Position numbers and translations under genes: made by a program
The notes under the pieces: model-generated
Seen by the model: only the letters and a program-made list of their open reading frames with translations
Databases searched by the model: none
What the model was told of the DNA's origin: nothing
Shown: positions 62,226 through 64,000 of the stretch, in pieces
Numbering within the stretch: the first letter of the stretch is position 1
Layout: the number at the start of each line of letters is the position of its first letter
Assembly: GCA_963665115.1 (NCBI GenBank)
Contig: OY762007.1
Location: forward strand, 8,480,001-8,544,000
Reading direction: 5' to 3'
Length of the DNA: 64,000 nt
From: an uncultured Rivularia sp.
Lineage (GTDB): Bacteria > Cyanobacteriota > Cyanobacteriia > Cyanobacteriales > Nostocaceae

Positions 62226-63002
62226 CTATTTACTTTGAACAAAACGATAGCCAACATCATATTTTTTCTGCTTTCGTAAATGTCCATATTCTTTATTCCA
62301 TCTTCCCGTTTGCAAATCTTCTTGCAAGCGCAATACCCCTTGATTAACTTCATCATTATCAATCTTCGCAAATGAAGAAATACCATTACGAATATTTAGA
62401 TCTAAATACAATTCCGGTCTTGCCCAACCAACAGCTGCAAAGGAATCCGATAAATTATGCGGCAACCGAAAAGGAATTACATTGACATCATTCCCAGTTA
62501 CCGAATGAATTTCATTAGTTAACTCCGACATCGATATAAAAGTAGATTCAACATCTTTAATCAGTGAAGGAAAATATTTAGTTAACCAAAAGCTGCTTAT
62601 CATTGCCGGATCGAAAGTAAACACTATTATCCTACCGTTACCAACAACTCTACAAACTTCACGCAATGCTTGCCGATAATCTTGGAAATGGTGAAAAGCA
62701 AGCATAATTATCGCCGCTTCTGCCACTCGATCGGGTAATGGTAAATCTTCCGCATATGCATCAATCCACTCAATAGCTGGATGGGATATCGCTTGATTTC
62801 TCATTGTCGCTGAAGGCTCTATTGCCAGAACTTCATAACCATATTCAGCCAGAAAAAATGCATAAGAACCAGTTCCAGCACCAATATCTACAATTTTTGA
62901 AGCTTGGCAAGATTCCAAAAGCTCTAATAATTTTCTTGCTATACGTGAATCGCTTTTTCGAGTTTGACCGTATGTTTTTCCAATCTTGTCGTAAAGCGTC
63001 AT
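62226..63002 (-). CDS. Class I SAM-dependent methyltransferase
   Basis: YDKIG..Y..TR, DIGAGTG, AEDLPL, W.RPE.YLD. Confidence 0.88.
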   Translation of the reverse strand: MTLYDKIGKTYGQTRKSDSRIARKLLELLESCQASKIVDIGAGTGSYAFFLAEYGYEVLAIEPSATMRNQAISHPAIEWIDAYAEDLPLPDRVAEAAIIMLAFHHFQDYRQALREVCRVVGNGRIIVFTFDPAMISSFWLTKYFPSLIKDVESTFISMSELTNEIHSVTGNDVNVIPFRLPHNLSDSFAAVGWARPELYLDLNIRNGISSFAKIDNDEVNQGVLRLQEDLQTGRWNKEYGHLRKQKKYDVGYRFVQSK

Positions 63003-63769
63003 TCTACAAACCTCAATTCTGGAAAGTGAATGCAGCACCCACTTAGTAACTCTTAAGAATCCCAATTATATCAAAACACCAAAAAGCTGCGATCGCAATA
63101 TCGGGTTTTGTTTATTTTTAAGTTAACTTTTTATCATCTCATAAAAAACAACTACATTTTTCAACTATAAATACAAAATCACCATCTTATAAAAAAAACT
63201 TTCCGATAACTCAAAATTGATTAAACTTCTGTATTCATATTCCGTCACAAAGCCGTTACTTTCCTTTACATAAGCATTATTATTGACACTATTCTCAACT
63301 AGATGACGAGATTACAAGGCTTTGCGCCAAAGTGTGATATTGTTATTTTCAGGGGAGCAGTTTATTCATTTTTATATTAATCAAGTAAATAAGTACTTAA
63401 TAGATAGCAACTAACTTGATGATTGTATTATATAGCATCAAAATCGTATTAAATAGTTCAAAAATACTCTACGTAAAAGCCAAAGTTCACATAAATAGAT
63501 ATAAAGTCTGAGGTGATTTAAAGTACCAAATATAAGGTATTTAAATACTGGTATTGACAATAGTTACGTTTTAATAGCTTTAGATTGTTGAAAATCTTTG
63601 ATGGAACTACTTAACTAGTAATAATTTAGGCAAGGTATTTTAATTTACTAAAGACAAAGCATATTCATTTTATATTTTGGTAGCTGACGACAGGTGCATA
63701 TTTAGGCAGAATAATAAATATATTTTGTACGTATCGGACAAATTTGTTTTGTAAGCGAAGAAACTGATT

Positions 63770-64000
63770 ATGCTAAGTAAATTACAATTACCAAGCAAAC
63801 TTCGTCAAAAAGTAGATAAAGAGCTTGAAATTGGAGAATCTATTAGGTGGGTTGAGCAACCCATACCTCGTTTTTTTACAGCAACTTCTATCGGCGGTTT
63901 TTTATTTGCTATTCCTTGGACGAGTTTTGCCATATTTTGGGTGTCGATGGCATTAAGAGCCAGCGTTTTTTTTGCTCTCTTCGGTATACCTTTTGTGCTT
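63770..64000 (+). CDS. Membrane protein (bacterial PH-domain type), 5' part; runs off the right edge
   Basis: MLSKLQLP...GESIRWVEQP...FAIPWTSFAIFW...LFGIPFVL, open to the end. Confidence 0.65.
   Translation, partial: MLSKLQLPSKLRQKVDKELEIGESIRWVEQPIPRFFTATSIGGFLFAIPWTSFAIFWVSMALRASVFFALFGIPFVL

Noticed and set aside
1796..63046. Many 60-125 aa ORFs antisense to or overlapping identified genes
   Set aside because: Shadow ORFs with no motifs, overlapping well-supported CDSs
63060..63760. Long AT-rich intergenic stretch
   Set aside because: No repeat, ORF or RNA structure that I could support

Overview
A 64-kb chromosomal window from a heterocystous or filamentous cyanobacterium (Nostocales-like, inferred from frequent HIP1 GCGATCGC sites, heptamer STRR tracts and GTAG-type REP-like palindromes, plus ycf3 and a CAB-domain hemH). 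It holds about 55 protein genes. Core genes include mcdA/mcdB (type 2 carboxysome positioning), mlaD/F/E, a pyrC-like gene, gatC, ycf3, two msrB, hemH and purB. Accessory genes include TPR-CHAT plus a trypsin protease, XPB plus DUF790/Bax1, a heme peroxidase, a lipoxygenase, a flavin amine oxidase plus P450, Uma2, XisI, Rpn and a decayed IS630. No rRNA, tRNA or CRISPR array was seen. The best candidates for undescribed biology are: (1) two tandem paralogous non-coding units downstream of hemH that look like sRNA genes with a shared promoter/operator and terminators; (2) a two-gene operon of a membrane GrpE-like protein and an Hsp70-type ATPase whose substrate-binding domain is replaced by a helical membrane-hairpin tail; (3) a cytoplasmic split HtrA-like pair (PDZ pseudoprotease plus PDZ-less active protease) with an atypical NarL regulator; (4) purB bracketed by long inverted repeats; (5) a lipoxygenase with non-canonical iron ligands. 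Four short-indel frameshifts are probably sequencing errors. All family calls come from motif recognition by eye; no database search was run.
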